Shown here: piece by piece, positions 18,700 through 27,614 of the stretch
Numbering within the stretch: the first letter of the stretch is position 1
Layout: every line of letters begins with the position of its first letter
Source of the DNA: Candidatus Kerfeldbacteria bacterium
Lineage (GTDB): Bacteria; Patescibacteriota; Patescibacteriia; UBA10025; JAHIVO01
Length of the DNA: 64,000 nt
Assembly: GCA_047946875.1 (NCBI GenBank)
Contig: CP181398.1
Span: 713,041 to 777,040 of the forward strand
Direction: 5' to 3'
Program-made: the position numbers and the translations under genes
The notes under the pieces: model-generated
Seen by the model: only the letters and a program-made list of their open reading frames with translations
What the model was told of the DNA's origin: nothing
Database searches by the model: none

Positions 18700-19854
18700 A
18701 TGCAAAAATCGATTTTTATTGGGTTTAATTTTGGTTCTACCAATCTCAAACTGTGGGCAGTTGATTTAAATGAATATCTTAAAACTGCTCAAGTTATTGA
18801 CAGGGGTGAAATTGAGTTGACTAAAGACAATTCTATTGGAAATTTGACTGAGGCGGTTCGTCCTTTCATTTTTAACAATAATTGTTTTTCCCCCGACGAA
18901 ATTGGAGTAATTGGCGTACGATCCGCCATTCTAAAAGGATTACTACCTGGAGTGATTCATATAGATCATACATATATGAATGCACTGGATCAACCAGAAC
19001 TAATCGGTACAAAACACAGAACCAATGACTGCCCCAGGGTCGCATATCCAATCGCGACTGAACTTGATATTCCAATTTATACCGCAGACGCAATCTCATC
19101 AATTAGCCAAAATTATTGGGATATCGCTCGAACAACCGGAATTCCTGGAATATTTCGTGAAGGCTACGCTCACTATCTCAGCCTACGCTATCTTATTTAT
19201 TTAATCGCAAAAAGAAATAATATCAAAACCAATCAAGTTAACTGTGTATTAGTACATGGTGGTGGTGGAGCAAGTATAGCTGCTTGTGTCGGTGGAGATA
19301 TTGTCGTAACCAATAATCCAAATGAATGGAATCCATTTGGTGAACGAGCTGGAGCCTTACCTGCTCTAGAGGGTTCTAAGTGGCTATGGGATAAATTCAA
19401 AAAAGGGTCAACTATTGAAGAAGTGCAAAAAATACTCCTCAAAAAATGTGGCTATGTAGGTCATACCGGAGCTGAGAATTTTGAACAACTTCTCGACATG
19501 GTTCGTAAATGCGATAAAAATGCAACACATATTTTTAAAACTATGTGTTACCAATTTGGATGTGAAATCAACCAACGGGCACTAGAAGTAGAATCGGCAA
19601 TTACACAAAAAGATGAATTCCAAGGAGTATTCTGCACTGGAGGAATGTTCAAGGCTATGGAATTTATTCGGGGAGTTAATGTAAATGGCTCGACTATCGA
19701 TGGTATTTCAAAATGGCTTGAAACACAAAACAGAACTTCAGTATTTTCCGACGAATTTTCTGGAGAGTATGAGACTGAAGCACTAACCACACAAGTTCTT
19801 CGTGCAATAAAAGGAGATATTAAATCTCAATCATATATAATTCCAAACCTTTAA
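18700..19854 (+). CDS. Divergent butyrate/acetate kinase family (ASKHA) protein
   Basis: FNFGSTNLK (cf. INPGSTSTK), VHGGGGASI, ERAGALP, TGG, GEYETEAL. Confidence 0.8.
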   Translation: MQKSIFIGFNFGSTNLKLWAVDLNEYLKTAQVIDRGEIELTKDNSIGNLTEAVRPFIFNNNCFSPDEIGVIGVRSAILKGLLPGVIHIDHTYMNALDQPELIGTKHRTNDCPRVAYPIATELDIPIYTADAISSISQNYWDIARTTGIPGIFREGYAHYLSLRYLIYLIAKRNNIKTNQVNCVLVHGGGGASIAACVGGDIVVTNNPNEWNPFGERAGALPALEGSKWLWDKFKKGSTIEEVQKILLKKCGYVGHTGAENFEQLLDMVRKCDKNATHIFKTMCYQFGCEINQRALEVESAITQKDEFQGVFCTGGMFKAMEFIRGVNVNGSTIDGISKWLETQNRTSVFSDEFSGEYETEALTTQVLRAIKGDIKSQSYIIPNL

Positions 19855-19872
19855 TATTTGCTTAATAATCAT

Positions 19873-19906
19873 AGACGACCACTCTTTAACTTTGGTCGTC
19901 TTTTTT
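19873..19906 (+). terminator. Intrinsic terminator
   Basis: AGACGACCA/TGGTCGTCT stem plus T run. Confidence 0.75.
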
Positions 19907-19981
19907 ATTGACTATATTTATACTCTTTGTTAAGCTAATTAAAATACAAAACAAAAATGGAACTTTAAAATTATTGGAGGG

Positions 19982-20602
19982 GTGGCAAATATGGTCAAAT
20001 TATTTTTTATGCTAGGTTCAATGTTAATACTTGGCTGGGCAGCATTACATACCGGTCATTTCAAATCATATGTTAATTCAGCTCCATACGCGATGGGATT
20101 TATAAAGCTCTTCTTTCTCGGCACGCTGGGTGAGCTTATAAAATATCGTATCTCAAAAAAAACCTGGAAACTCGATTACATTCTGGAAAGAGCTATCTTT
20201 TGGGGTTTATTTGGAATATGGTTTACTAATGCATTCCCTTTTTTTGCTGGAGGAACAGGAGCAATAATCACCAAAGGTCTTTGGTGGGATAATTTCCAAG
20301 CATTATCTTCAAGTTTATGGATTAACATCTTCGGTGGATATGCTTTATATATGATGATCATACACGAATATTGTAATCATCTAATAAAAACAAGGTATCA
20401 TGGTTGGCGTTTAAGTAACTTTGCAAAAAATGTGGACCGTCATTTTATTTTTTGCTTTCTTCCAATGACTCTTATCTTCTGGGTTTGTGCACATACAATC
20501 ACCTTCTCATTACCTCCTGATTTACAAATTCTTAGTGCAGCAGTTTTAGCAATAGCACTGGGTATATTCCTGAGTGTAGGAAGAAGAATAAAAACAGCTT
20601 GA
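19982..20602 (+). CDS. Mpv17/PMP22-like integral membrane protein
   Basis: Multiple TM segments; C-terminal FW..AHTITF.LP..LQIL.AA resembles Mpv17/PMP22. Confidence 0.55.
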   Translation: MANMVKLFFMLGSMLILGWAALHTGHFKSYVNSAPYAMGFIKLFFLGTLGELIKYRISKKTWKLDYILERAIFWGLFGIWFTNAFPFFAGGTGAIITKGLWWDNFQALSSSLWINIFGGYALYMMIIHEYCNHLIKTRYHGWRLSNFAKNVDRHFIFCFLPMTLIFWVCAHTITFSLPPDLQILSAAVLAIALGIFLSVGRRIKTA

Positions 20603-20649
20603 ATAAAATTAATCAAGCATTACATAGACAGTAATAATAATAATCATAT

Positions 20650-20679
20650 AATAGGGTCAATTTATGACCCTATTTTTTT
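20650..20679 (+). terminator. Intrinsic terminator
   Basis: AATAGGGTCA/TGACCCTATT stem plus T run. Confidence 0.8.
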
Positions 20680-20735
20680 ATTGACTAACATCTAATCCTT
20701 TGGTAAGGTAATTTAATATCAAAAACAGAAATAAA
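20679..20735 (+). promoter_or_regulatory. Shared promoter/leader block upstream of purH
   Basis: TATTGACTAACATCTAATCCTTTGGTAAGGTAATTTAATATC...; near-identical to 18607-18663. Confidence 0.8.
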
Positions 20736-20768
20736 TAACGTTAATTTTACAGAAACGAGGTGTTTTAA

Positions 20769-22490
20769 ATGGCTACAAAGAAACGTAAAAAAATTGCCCT
20801 AATATCAGTGGCAAACAAAAAAGGTATTATCACGTTTGCCCGATGGCTCGTAAAGCTCGGTTACATGATACTTGCCTCAGGCGGTACAGCTAAGAAGCTT
20901 AAACAAGCTGGGATCCCTGTAACTGATACTTCTGACTTTATCGGAGATGCGCATGCTAAGATGATCAATCGTATCGCCACAAACAAGAAACATAAAATCC
21001 CACCGCGGGTTTTAAAAGCGATTCGCAAAGAAATTGGTGGCATCATTCTAAGTCACCGTGTCGCGACCCTATATCCACAGATACATGGAGGAATTTTAGC
21101 ACAGGACACTGAGCAACATCTTAATGATCTGGCTAAAATCTGCGCCCAGTGGATTGATATTGTCTGTGTTGACTTCTATCCACTTGATGGCGAAATAGCT
21201 CGTCCAGGGTCAGATCGCTTCTCTGTAATAGAGAAAATTGATGTCGGTGGACCAACTATGGTCAATGCTACAGCTAAATCAGCTGAAGATGGACGAACTG
21301 TGATCTGTGATCAAGTTGATCGTATACGGGTTATTAAAGCGATCAAAAAACATGGCGAAGTTCCTCTAAAACTCCGTCGTGAGCTGGCTGAAAAAGCCTT
21401 TTTCAAAGTGGCTGAATACTATCTCTCAGCTTCTCGATACTTAAGTGGTGGAAAGTACAATGGCGTCTTAGGTCGCCTACGCTCACTATGTAAGTACGGG
21501 GAAAATGCTGCTCAGACACCAGCCGGCTTATATGAGGTTGATGATAATGATTCTTTAGCACTACATAAATTCGAGATGATCGAAGGATGTGCACCAAGCT
21601 TCATTAATTTTACCGACTATAACCGTGGTCTTCAGGGTATTACCCATGCCATTGCTGCATTCCGTAAAAATAAATGTAAAGCAAAATACTTTGCTTTCAT
21701 TTACAAACATGGTAATGCATGTGGCGGTGCTTATGGTAATAACAAAGCCGAAGTATTAAGGAAAGCAATAGCCGGCAACCCACGAGCAGCCTGGGGTGGG
21801 ATTATCATTGCCAACTTTACGATTGGAGCAAAAGAAGCGGAGATAATCAGGACTCACAAAACCAAAAAGGTGGATCGCATAATAGATGGTATTCTTGCGC
21901 CATCAATTTCCATACCAGCAATTGAACGACTCAAGCGCGCTAAAGGTGCTTGTCGTATGTTGGTTAATCCAGCTCTCAAGTCCCCCTCTATGGACACTGG
22001 AAAAATCATCCACACGCTCCGCGGTACATTCGTACTGCAACCAAACTATGAGTATGTATTTGATTTTAACCATCCAAAAGTTAAGCAATTTGGAAAAATG
22101 ACTCTGCGACAAAAGTCTGATTTCCTCCTGGCTTGGGCGATCTGCGCTACTTCAAGTAGCAATACGATCACAATAGTTAATAACTGCATGCTAATCGGTA
22201 ATGGTACTGGTCAGGACGATCGAGTCGGAGCAGCCCAGCTTGCAACAAAGAAAGCACGTACTTTCAAGCATATGCTAAATGGATCTGTCTGCTGTAGTGA
22301 CTCATTCTTCCCATATGTTGATGGTGTAGCAACCCTTGTCCGCGCTGGTATTATCGGCATACTAACCGTTTCTGGATCCAGAATTAAAGGTGCTGGAGAC
22401 AAAGCAGTTAAGAAATTCCTTATTAAGAAGAATGTCTTACTAGTATGGATTCCGGTAGCCATCGGTCGTATCTTTTACGGTCACTGTTAA
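20769..22490 (+). CDS. purH: Bifunctional IMP cyclohydrolase/AICAR transformylase (divergent)
   Basis: ALISVANK, ASGGTA, HRVATLYPQIHGGILA, IDVGGPTM, KYGEN, KHGNACG, SDSFFPY.DG. Confidence 0.9.
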   Translation: MATKKRKKIALISVANKKGIITFARWLVKLGYMILASGGTAKKLKQAGIPVTDTSDFIGDAHAKMINRIATNKKHKIPPRVLKAIRKEIGGIILSHRVATLYPQIHGGILAQDTEQHLNDLAKICAQWIDIVCVDFYPLDGEIARPGSDRFSVIEKIDVGGPTMVNATAKSAEDGRTVICDQVDRIRVIKAIKKHGEVPLKLRRELAEKAFFKVAEYYLSASRYLSGGKYNGVLGRLRSLCKYGENAAQTPAGLYEVDDNDSLALHKFEMIEGCAPSFINFTDYNRGLQGITHAIAAFRKNKCKAKYFAFIYKHGNACGGAYGNNKAEVLRKAIAGNPRAAWGGIIIANFTIGAKEAEIIRTHKTKKVDRIIDGILAPSISIPAIERLKRAKGACRMLVNPALKSPSMDTGKIIHTLRGTFVLQPNYEYVFDFNHPKVKQFGKMTLRQKSDFLLAWAICATSSSNTITIVNNCMLIGNGTGQDDRVGAAQLATKKARTFKHMLNGSVCCSDSFFPYVDGVATLVRAGIIGILTVSGSRIKGAGDKAVKKFLIKKNVLLVWIPVAIGRIFYGHC

Positions 22491-22510
22491 TAAAACACAA
22501 CTATAAACCT

Positions 22511-22542
22511 AAAGACGATTCAATTATGAATCGTCTTTTTTT
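22511..22542 (+). terminator. Intrinsic terminator
   Basis: AAAGACGATTCA/TGAATCGTCTTT stem plus T run. Confidence 0.8.
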
Positions 22543-22639
22543 ATTATTGACGAAATAATCACTCTTTGATAAGGTATTATAATATCAAAAAATGTAAATA
22601 AACATTGTAACTTAAAAACAGAAAGAAAAGGAGCATAAA

Positions 22640-23644
22640 ATGAAAGCTCTCATTAGTACCAAACACTTTAACTTGTCGAATACTTACCCATTCTCTGAAG
22701 GAAAAGTAAGGGACATTTATAATCTGGATGAGCAACTATTGATCATCGCTACTGATCGTATTTCGGCATTTGATCATGTATTACCAACTCCCGTACCAGG
22801 ACGTGGCATAGTATTAACCGAAATGACTGTTAATTGGATAGATTTGCTGACAAAAGATATTGCCAATCTCAAAACCAAACTGCCAATTACTAATCATCTG
22901 GTTCATACCGATGTGGGAGAACTTCCTGAAATATTTCATCCGTTTGCTGATGAACTTACTGGTCGTTTCATGGTCGTAGAAAAATGTGACCCTATTCCAG
23001 CTGAATTAATCATTCGTGGGAATATTACAGGATCTCTATGGAAAGCTTATAAAAAAGCCGTTAAAGAAAATCCTGAAGCAACTACAGTAAACATCCTTGG
23101 TCATGAATTACCAACCGACCTTCAGGAGTCCGAAGAATTTCCTCATCCATTATTTACGCCATCAACCAAGGCGGAAGCTGGTCAACATGATGAAAATATC
23201 AGCTATGAACAAATGGTGATTATCTTCACCGAATGGTTGAAGAATAAAGAATATGATGTTACTGCCGAGGATCTAGCAATAAGCTGTCTAGATCTCTCAC
23301 TCATGCTCTTTACCAAAGCACGTGACAAAGCCAAAAAACTTGGCATAATCATCGCTGACACGAAGTTCGAATTCGGTCTCAAGGTTGTAGAAGGTATATT
23401 ATATCTTGTAATTATCGATGAGATCCTATCCTCTGACTCATCTCGTTACTGGCCGGCCGATGAATTTGCAATTGGCAAAAGCCAAAACAGCTATGATAAA
23501 CAGATTGTTAGAGATTATCTCAGCAAAGAACTCGAATGGGATGGGACTCTTCCAATTCCAGTTATACCTGATGAAATCGTTAAACAAATTATCGATCGTT
23601 ATCAAGAATGTATGACAATTTTATTCGATGAAAATCTTGACTGA
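22640..23644 (+). CDS. purC: SAICAR synthetase
   Basis: GKVRDIY, ATDRISAFD, FTPSTKA, IIADTKFEFG, DSSRYW, SYDKQIVRD. Confidence 0.95.
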   Translation: MKALISTKHFNLSNTYPFSEGKVRDIYNLDEQLLIIATDRISAFDHVLPTPVPGRGIVLTEMTVNWIDLLTKDIANLKTKLPITNHLVHTDVGELPEIFHPFADELTGRFMVVEKCDPIPAELIIRGNITGSLWKAYKKAVKENPEATTVNILGHELPTDLQESEEFPHPLFTPSTKAEAGQHDENISYEQMVIIFTEWLKNKEYDVTAEDLAISCLDLSLMLFTKARDKAKKLGIIIADTKFEFGLKVVEGILYLVIIDEILSSDSSRYWPADEFAIGKSQNSYDKQIVRDYLSKELEWDGTLPIPVIPDEIVKQIIDRYQECMTILFDENLD

Positions 23645-23655
23645 TTAACATCTTC

Positions 23656-23686
23656 AAAGCGGCCCTAAAATAGGACCGCTTTTTTT
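23656..23686 (+). terminator. Intrinsic terminator
   Basis: AAAGCGGCCCTA/TAGGACCGCTTT stem (one mismatch) plus T run. Confidence 0.75.
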
Positions 23687-23839
23687 ATTACTCCCTTGAC
23701 AAAACAATGACAAAATGTTAGTATCATTAGTTATTGTTTGTAACTGAACTTTGACATAAACGCCGATGGTATGTGAAATATTTGTATCTCACATATTTTC
23801 ATCGGGAAATAAAAACTCCAAAAGGAACTGGAGACAAGA

Positions 23840-25222
23840 ATGAATGCAAAACAAGGAACTGCATTAGCAACTGACAAGATTGTCACTCATTTCAAACCGC
23901 ACGCAGATGAATTTGTGGCAATATATTTACTGCGCCGTTTTGGCCAGGAATTATTCCCAGGAATTTCTGATGCAAAAATCATTACCAAGGACGGTAGTGT
24001 AAAACTTTACAACCGTAAAGGATGGTTGAAAGTTGGTATCGGTGAAGGAATTTTTGATGAACATGGTCAACTCAATTGTTGTTGCGCTGATTTGGTCGCT
24101 CAATACCTAGGCATTGATCATTTGCCAAAAATTATATTGCTACTAAAACACATTCGTCGTGGTGACCTTTTTGGAAAAAGTACCACCTACGATCTAAGTG
24201 AATGCATCAAAAACCTCAATCATGACGGATGGTCGCCTGCCAAAATAGAAAAATGGTTAGCAACTTTCCTAGATTGTTATTTTGATGATAAAACTATCAT
24301 CAAAGGATCTTCCGTTGATGACGATCACCAAGGATACATTTTCCCAATCAGTGATGGAGAAACAAGAACGTTGTTTTCTAACAACACTTTATACCGTGAC
24401 TGGTTGAAAAAGAAAAACCTAAAAAGCAATCAACCTGAAGTTAGCAAACTAACTAACAATCTTAACCAATTCACCAAACGACCTCCTTCAAAAATATTTG
24501 ATATTTGTGAAGGAGCATACTTGATAGCAGTCTATCTTGGTAAACTCGAGTCATTTACTTGGACTTCAGCAATATTTGAAGCCAGTAAAAACTATCAGCA
24601 AGAATTCCTTGAAGCTTGTGATATCGTCAAACCTATGAAAGTGATTGTAGTTAGGCCTTACGATAATTGCAATAAAGCTAATATTATCAGAATACTTGCA
24701 ATCGACAGGACAATAAATAGACAAGGAAACAAATGTCTCCTTAATGCAGCCAAGTTTCTCAATAAGAATTTAGATGTATTGGTTATCCAACAACCGAATG
24801 GAAGCATCCAAGTTTTTATTACAAATATTCATCTCATGCATCTATGGCCGATGATTGTCCGCGCAATCAGACTGGAAGAGATGGTAGTCAATGACATGCC
24901 TATAGATAGCATTATCACTGACTATGATGTACTTGCTCAGACGGGCAGTCTAACCGAATTACCTCAATTGCCTCTGTGGTATTTCCCAGCAAACGGGAAT
25001 GGTGACGGATGGGCGCTATTAAACGGTGCACTGACGTTACCAAATGTCATCCCAAGTAATATCTATTTTGATGAAATTGTTAACATCATTAAGACAATGA
25101 TATTCTACAATGATGACAAAAATACATGGCAAAACTATGCGGATAATCGTATAGATGAATATCATGATTCCTGCAACAAACCGTCTACCGGTAATTGCTT
25201 GGGTGATTATTCAGCTCTTTAA
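23840..25222 (+). CDS. Hypothetical protein with N-terminal MYG1/DHH-like metal-dependent hydrolase motifs
   Basis: IVTH..PHADE..A..LL and G.G.FDEH resemble MYG1-family motifs. Confidence 0.5.
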   Translation: MNAKQGTALATDKIVTHFKPHADEFVAIYLLRRFGQELFPGISDAKIITKDGSVKLYNRKGWLKVGIGEGIFDEHGQLNCCCADLVAQYLGIDHLPKIILLLKHIRRGDLFGKSTTYDLSECIKNLNHDGWSPAKIEKWLATFLDCYFDDKTIIKGSSVDDDHQGYIFPISDGETRTLFSNNTLYRDWLKKKNLKSNQPEVSKLTNNLNQFTKRPPSKIFDICEGAYLIAVYLGKLESFTWTSAIFEASKNYQQEFLEACDIVKPMKVIVVRPYDNCNKANIIRILAIDRTINRQGNKCLLNAAKFLNKNLDVLVIQQPNGSIQVFITNIHLMHLWPMIVRAIRLEEMVVNDMPIDSIITDYDVLAQTGSLTELPQLPLWYFPANGNGDGWALLNGALTLPNVIPSNIYFDEIVNIIKTMIFYNDDKNTWQNYADNRIDEYHDSCNKPSTGNCLGDYSAL

Positions 25223-25262
25223 CTAATTAACTACTGCAAAATAGCAGTAATAATATATAACC

Positions 25263-25300
25263 AAAAAGACCTAGGTTTTTACCAACTAGGTCTTTTTTTT
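25263..25300. terminator. Bidirectional terminator between convergent genes
   Basis: AAAAAGACCTAG/CTAGGTCTTTTT flanked by A and T runs. Confidence 0.8.
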
Positions 25301-25308
25301 AATTAGCT

Positions 25309-27561
25309 TTATTGAATAACTTGAATATCCCCGTCAACCAAGGTTACAGTATTACTACATGCAACTTGAGACTGCGAATCAACGATACATACAGTATAAT
25401 AATGCGTACCAATATTTAAATCAGCATCAGCAGATCTAGTACTACTCTTATCACCTTCATCCAGATGAGTTACAGTCGTACGATCACCTATTGCTCTTAT
25501 ATATCCATCAGCTGGATACTTTGGTGTTGCATTTTCCTGATCCCATACTACCTTATAATAACTAAAATCAACTTCATTTGACTGATTCCAACTTAAAGTC
25601 ATACTACCATCAGCATAACTTCCTGAAAGAATCAAGGCTGCGGGCGCGGCATTAACGTGAATTGGAGTAACTTTTATTACATTACTACAATGAATTTGGT
25701 CTCCTACTGCGCATATTCTATAATAGTAACTCTTAGTACTCCTTGATGCATAATCTCTATAACTTTCATCTCCTTTATTCTTCACAGCGATATAACTATC
25801 GTCAGGATAACGTAGATCTGCATTAGTCTCTGATCTAACAACTTTGTAATATTTAAATCCAGAAATATCTTCTGCAACGTTATTCCACCATAATCCAACA
25901 CCTGAACTCTCTGCCGTTGCTGACATAGTTACAGTAACACTAGTTTCAGTGTCCTCATCCTCACTTGCATCTTCAGCATTATATGATTTTACTGAAAGAT
26001 CATTACTATAAATCAAGCAAGTTCCTTCTGTAGTATATTGACATACTCTATAATGATAAGTCTTACCTTTGGTAGCTGCCCAAGTATAACTATGTTTACT
26101 TGAATCAGATAAATATTTGTAATCATCACCAGGATAAACAGGATTCTCAGATTCACTTCTAACCAATTTAAATCCATTTGTTATTTCTACTCCTTCAACT
26201 GACCAACTCATATGAACTCCATCACTTTTTGCTTCTGCTAATAAGAAAATACCAATTCTATCCTCCTCAACCTCTTCTTCCTCAACTTCAACAGCAGCTG
26301 TCTTACCTTTCATGTTAACTACATTAGAACAAAAAATATTATCACCTTCATAAACTTCGCAAACACGATAATAATATGTGTTATCAATTGATACGTCCGT
26401 ATCAGTATAGTTTTCTCTTCCTTTACTATTTACTGCAATATATCCATTGTCTGGATATTTTAAATCTGAATTTGTCTCAGATCTTACAACTTTATAATAT
26501 TTCAAACCTAGACCAGATGCTATATTCCAATTAAGATATACGCCGTCAGTTTTTGTCTCAGCAGAAAGTGTAATTGGTGTAGCTTGAGCTGGGGCAGTTT
26601 GATAAATTACTTTTATTTCTTTGATAGTTCTATAACCATTAGCGTCTTCAGCAACAACAGTAATAATATTCTTACCAACAATTAAACTTAATTCATAAGA
26701 ATATTGACCAGCTTCATTATCAACTGCTTCATCATTTATCGTTAAAGTTGCATCAAAATCTGAAACAGTTCCTTCGATAATAATTTTATCATTACTAGTT
26801 ACTTCTGCATCAGCAGGAGTTATAATTTTTAATTCTGGGCCAGCATAATCAGCTAACACGCCCAACTTGTCAGTATTTTTTGAATCTTCTTCTTTATTCC
26901 AAGTATACCATTCGTTTGTTAATTCATCTTCACCAATATCTGAAACATCTACATTTTTATCTTCAATGTCATATAATGCAGACTCACCTTCAGTCACTTC
27001 TTTAGAGTCATTTCCAGTCACAACCTTCACCTTACTTTCAACAACCCCAACTTCAATATTCTCTTCACCTATAACTACATCAAAAGCAGTACCTAGTGCC
27101 TGAGCTGTTACATTTGCAGCTACAACTTCATATGTATTAGTTCTATCTTTGGCAACCCGATGATAACTAGCACCAGAAACCTGTGTGATTATTATAGAGT
27201 TACTTTTTAATGAAGTTAAAAATATTTCAGTATTGTAACCTAATCTTATTACATCCCCATTTTCTAATTCAATAATTGCTTTAACAGCGCTGTCGGTGCC
27301 AGTCTTAACACTATCTCCTTGATGTAATACTGTATCAGTTTCTACTGATAACCAATCACCATCATCAACTTTAATTGAAACTTCACCTTTTTGATAAGCT
27401 AAAGTTGCTGCTATAGATGTAGCTACTTCTTCAGATTTATTGATTGACAAAATGTTAATGTCTACTAAATCATCATTTTGAAAATACCAATATGCGCCCC
27501 CTCCAATTACAATCAAAGCAACAACTATTGCGATGATTGGGGTTACAATATTACTTTTCAT
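25309..27561 (-). CDS. Membrane-anchored FecR-domain protein with Ig and fibronectin type III-like repeats
   Basis: N-terminal TM, GDSVKTG...ALGTAFDV (FecR), four repeats of the type W...YYKVVRSE...YP.D.Y...YYYRVC. Confidence 0.75.
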   Translation of the reverse strand: MKSNIVTPIIAIVVALIVIGGGAYWYFQNDDLVDINILSINKSEEVATSIAATLAYQKGEVSIKVDDGDWLSVETDTVLHQGDSVKTGTDSAVKAIIELENGDVIRLGYNTEIFLTSLKSNSIIITQVSGASYHRVAKDRTNTYEVVAANVTAQALGTAFDVVIGEENIEVGVVESKVKVVTGNDSKEVTEGESALYDIEDKNVDVSDIGEDELTNEWYTWNKEEDSKNTDKLGVLADYAGPELKIITPADAEVTSNDKIIIEGTVSDFDATLTINDEAVDNEAGQYSYELSLIVGKNIITVVAEDANGYRTIKEIKVIYQTAPAQATPITLSAETKTDGVYLNWNIASGLGLKYYKVVRSETNSDLKYPDNGYIAVNSKGRENYTDTDVSIDNTYYYRVCEVYEGDNIFCSNVVNMKGKTAAVEVEEEEVEEDRIGIFLLAEAKSDGVHMSWSVEGVEITNGFKLVRSESENPVYPGDDYKYLSDSSKHSYTWAATKGKTYHYRVCQYTTEGTCLIYSNDLSVKSYNAEDASEDEDTETSVTVTMSATAESSGVGLWWNNVAEDISGFKYYKVVRSETNADLRYPDDSYIAVKNKGDESYRDYASRSTKSYYYRICAVGDQIHCSNVIKVTPIHVNAAPAALILSGSYADGSMTLSWNQSNEVDFSYYKVVWDQENATPKYPADGYIRAIGDRTTVTHLDEGDKSSTRSADADLNIGTHYYTVCIVDSQSQVACSNTVTLVDGDIQVIQ

Positions 27562-27614
27562 AACTATTATTTTAATTATTATTTAATTTTATAATTGAAA
27601 AATATACACATATA

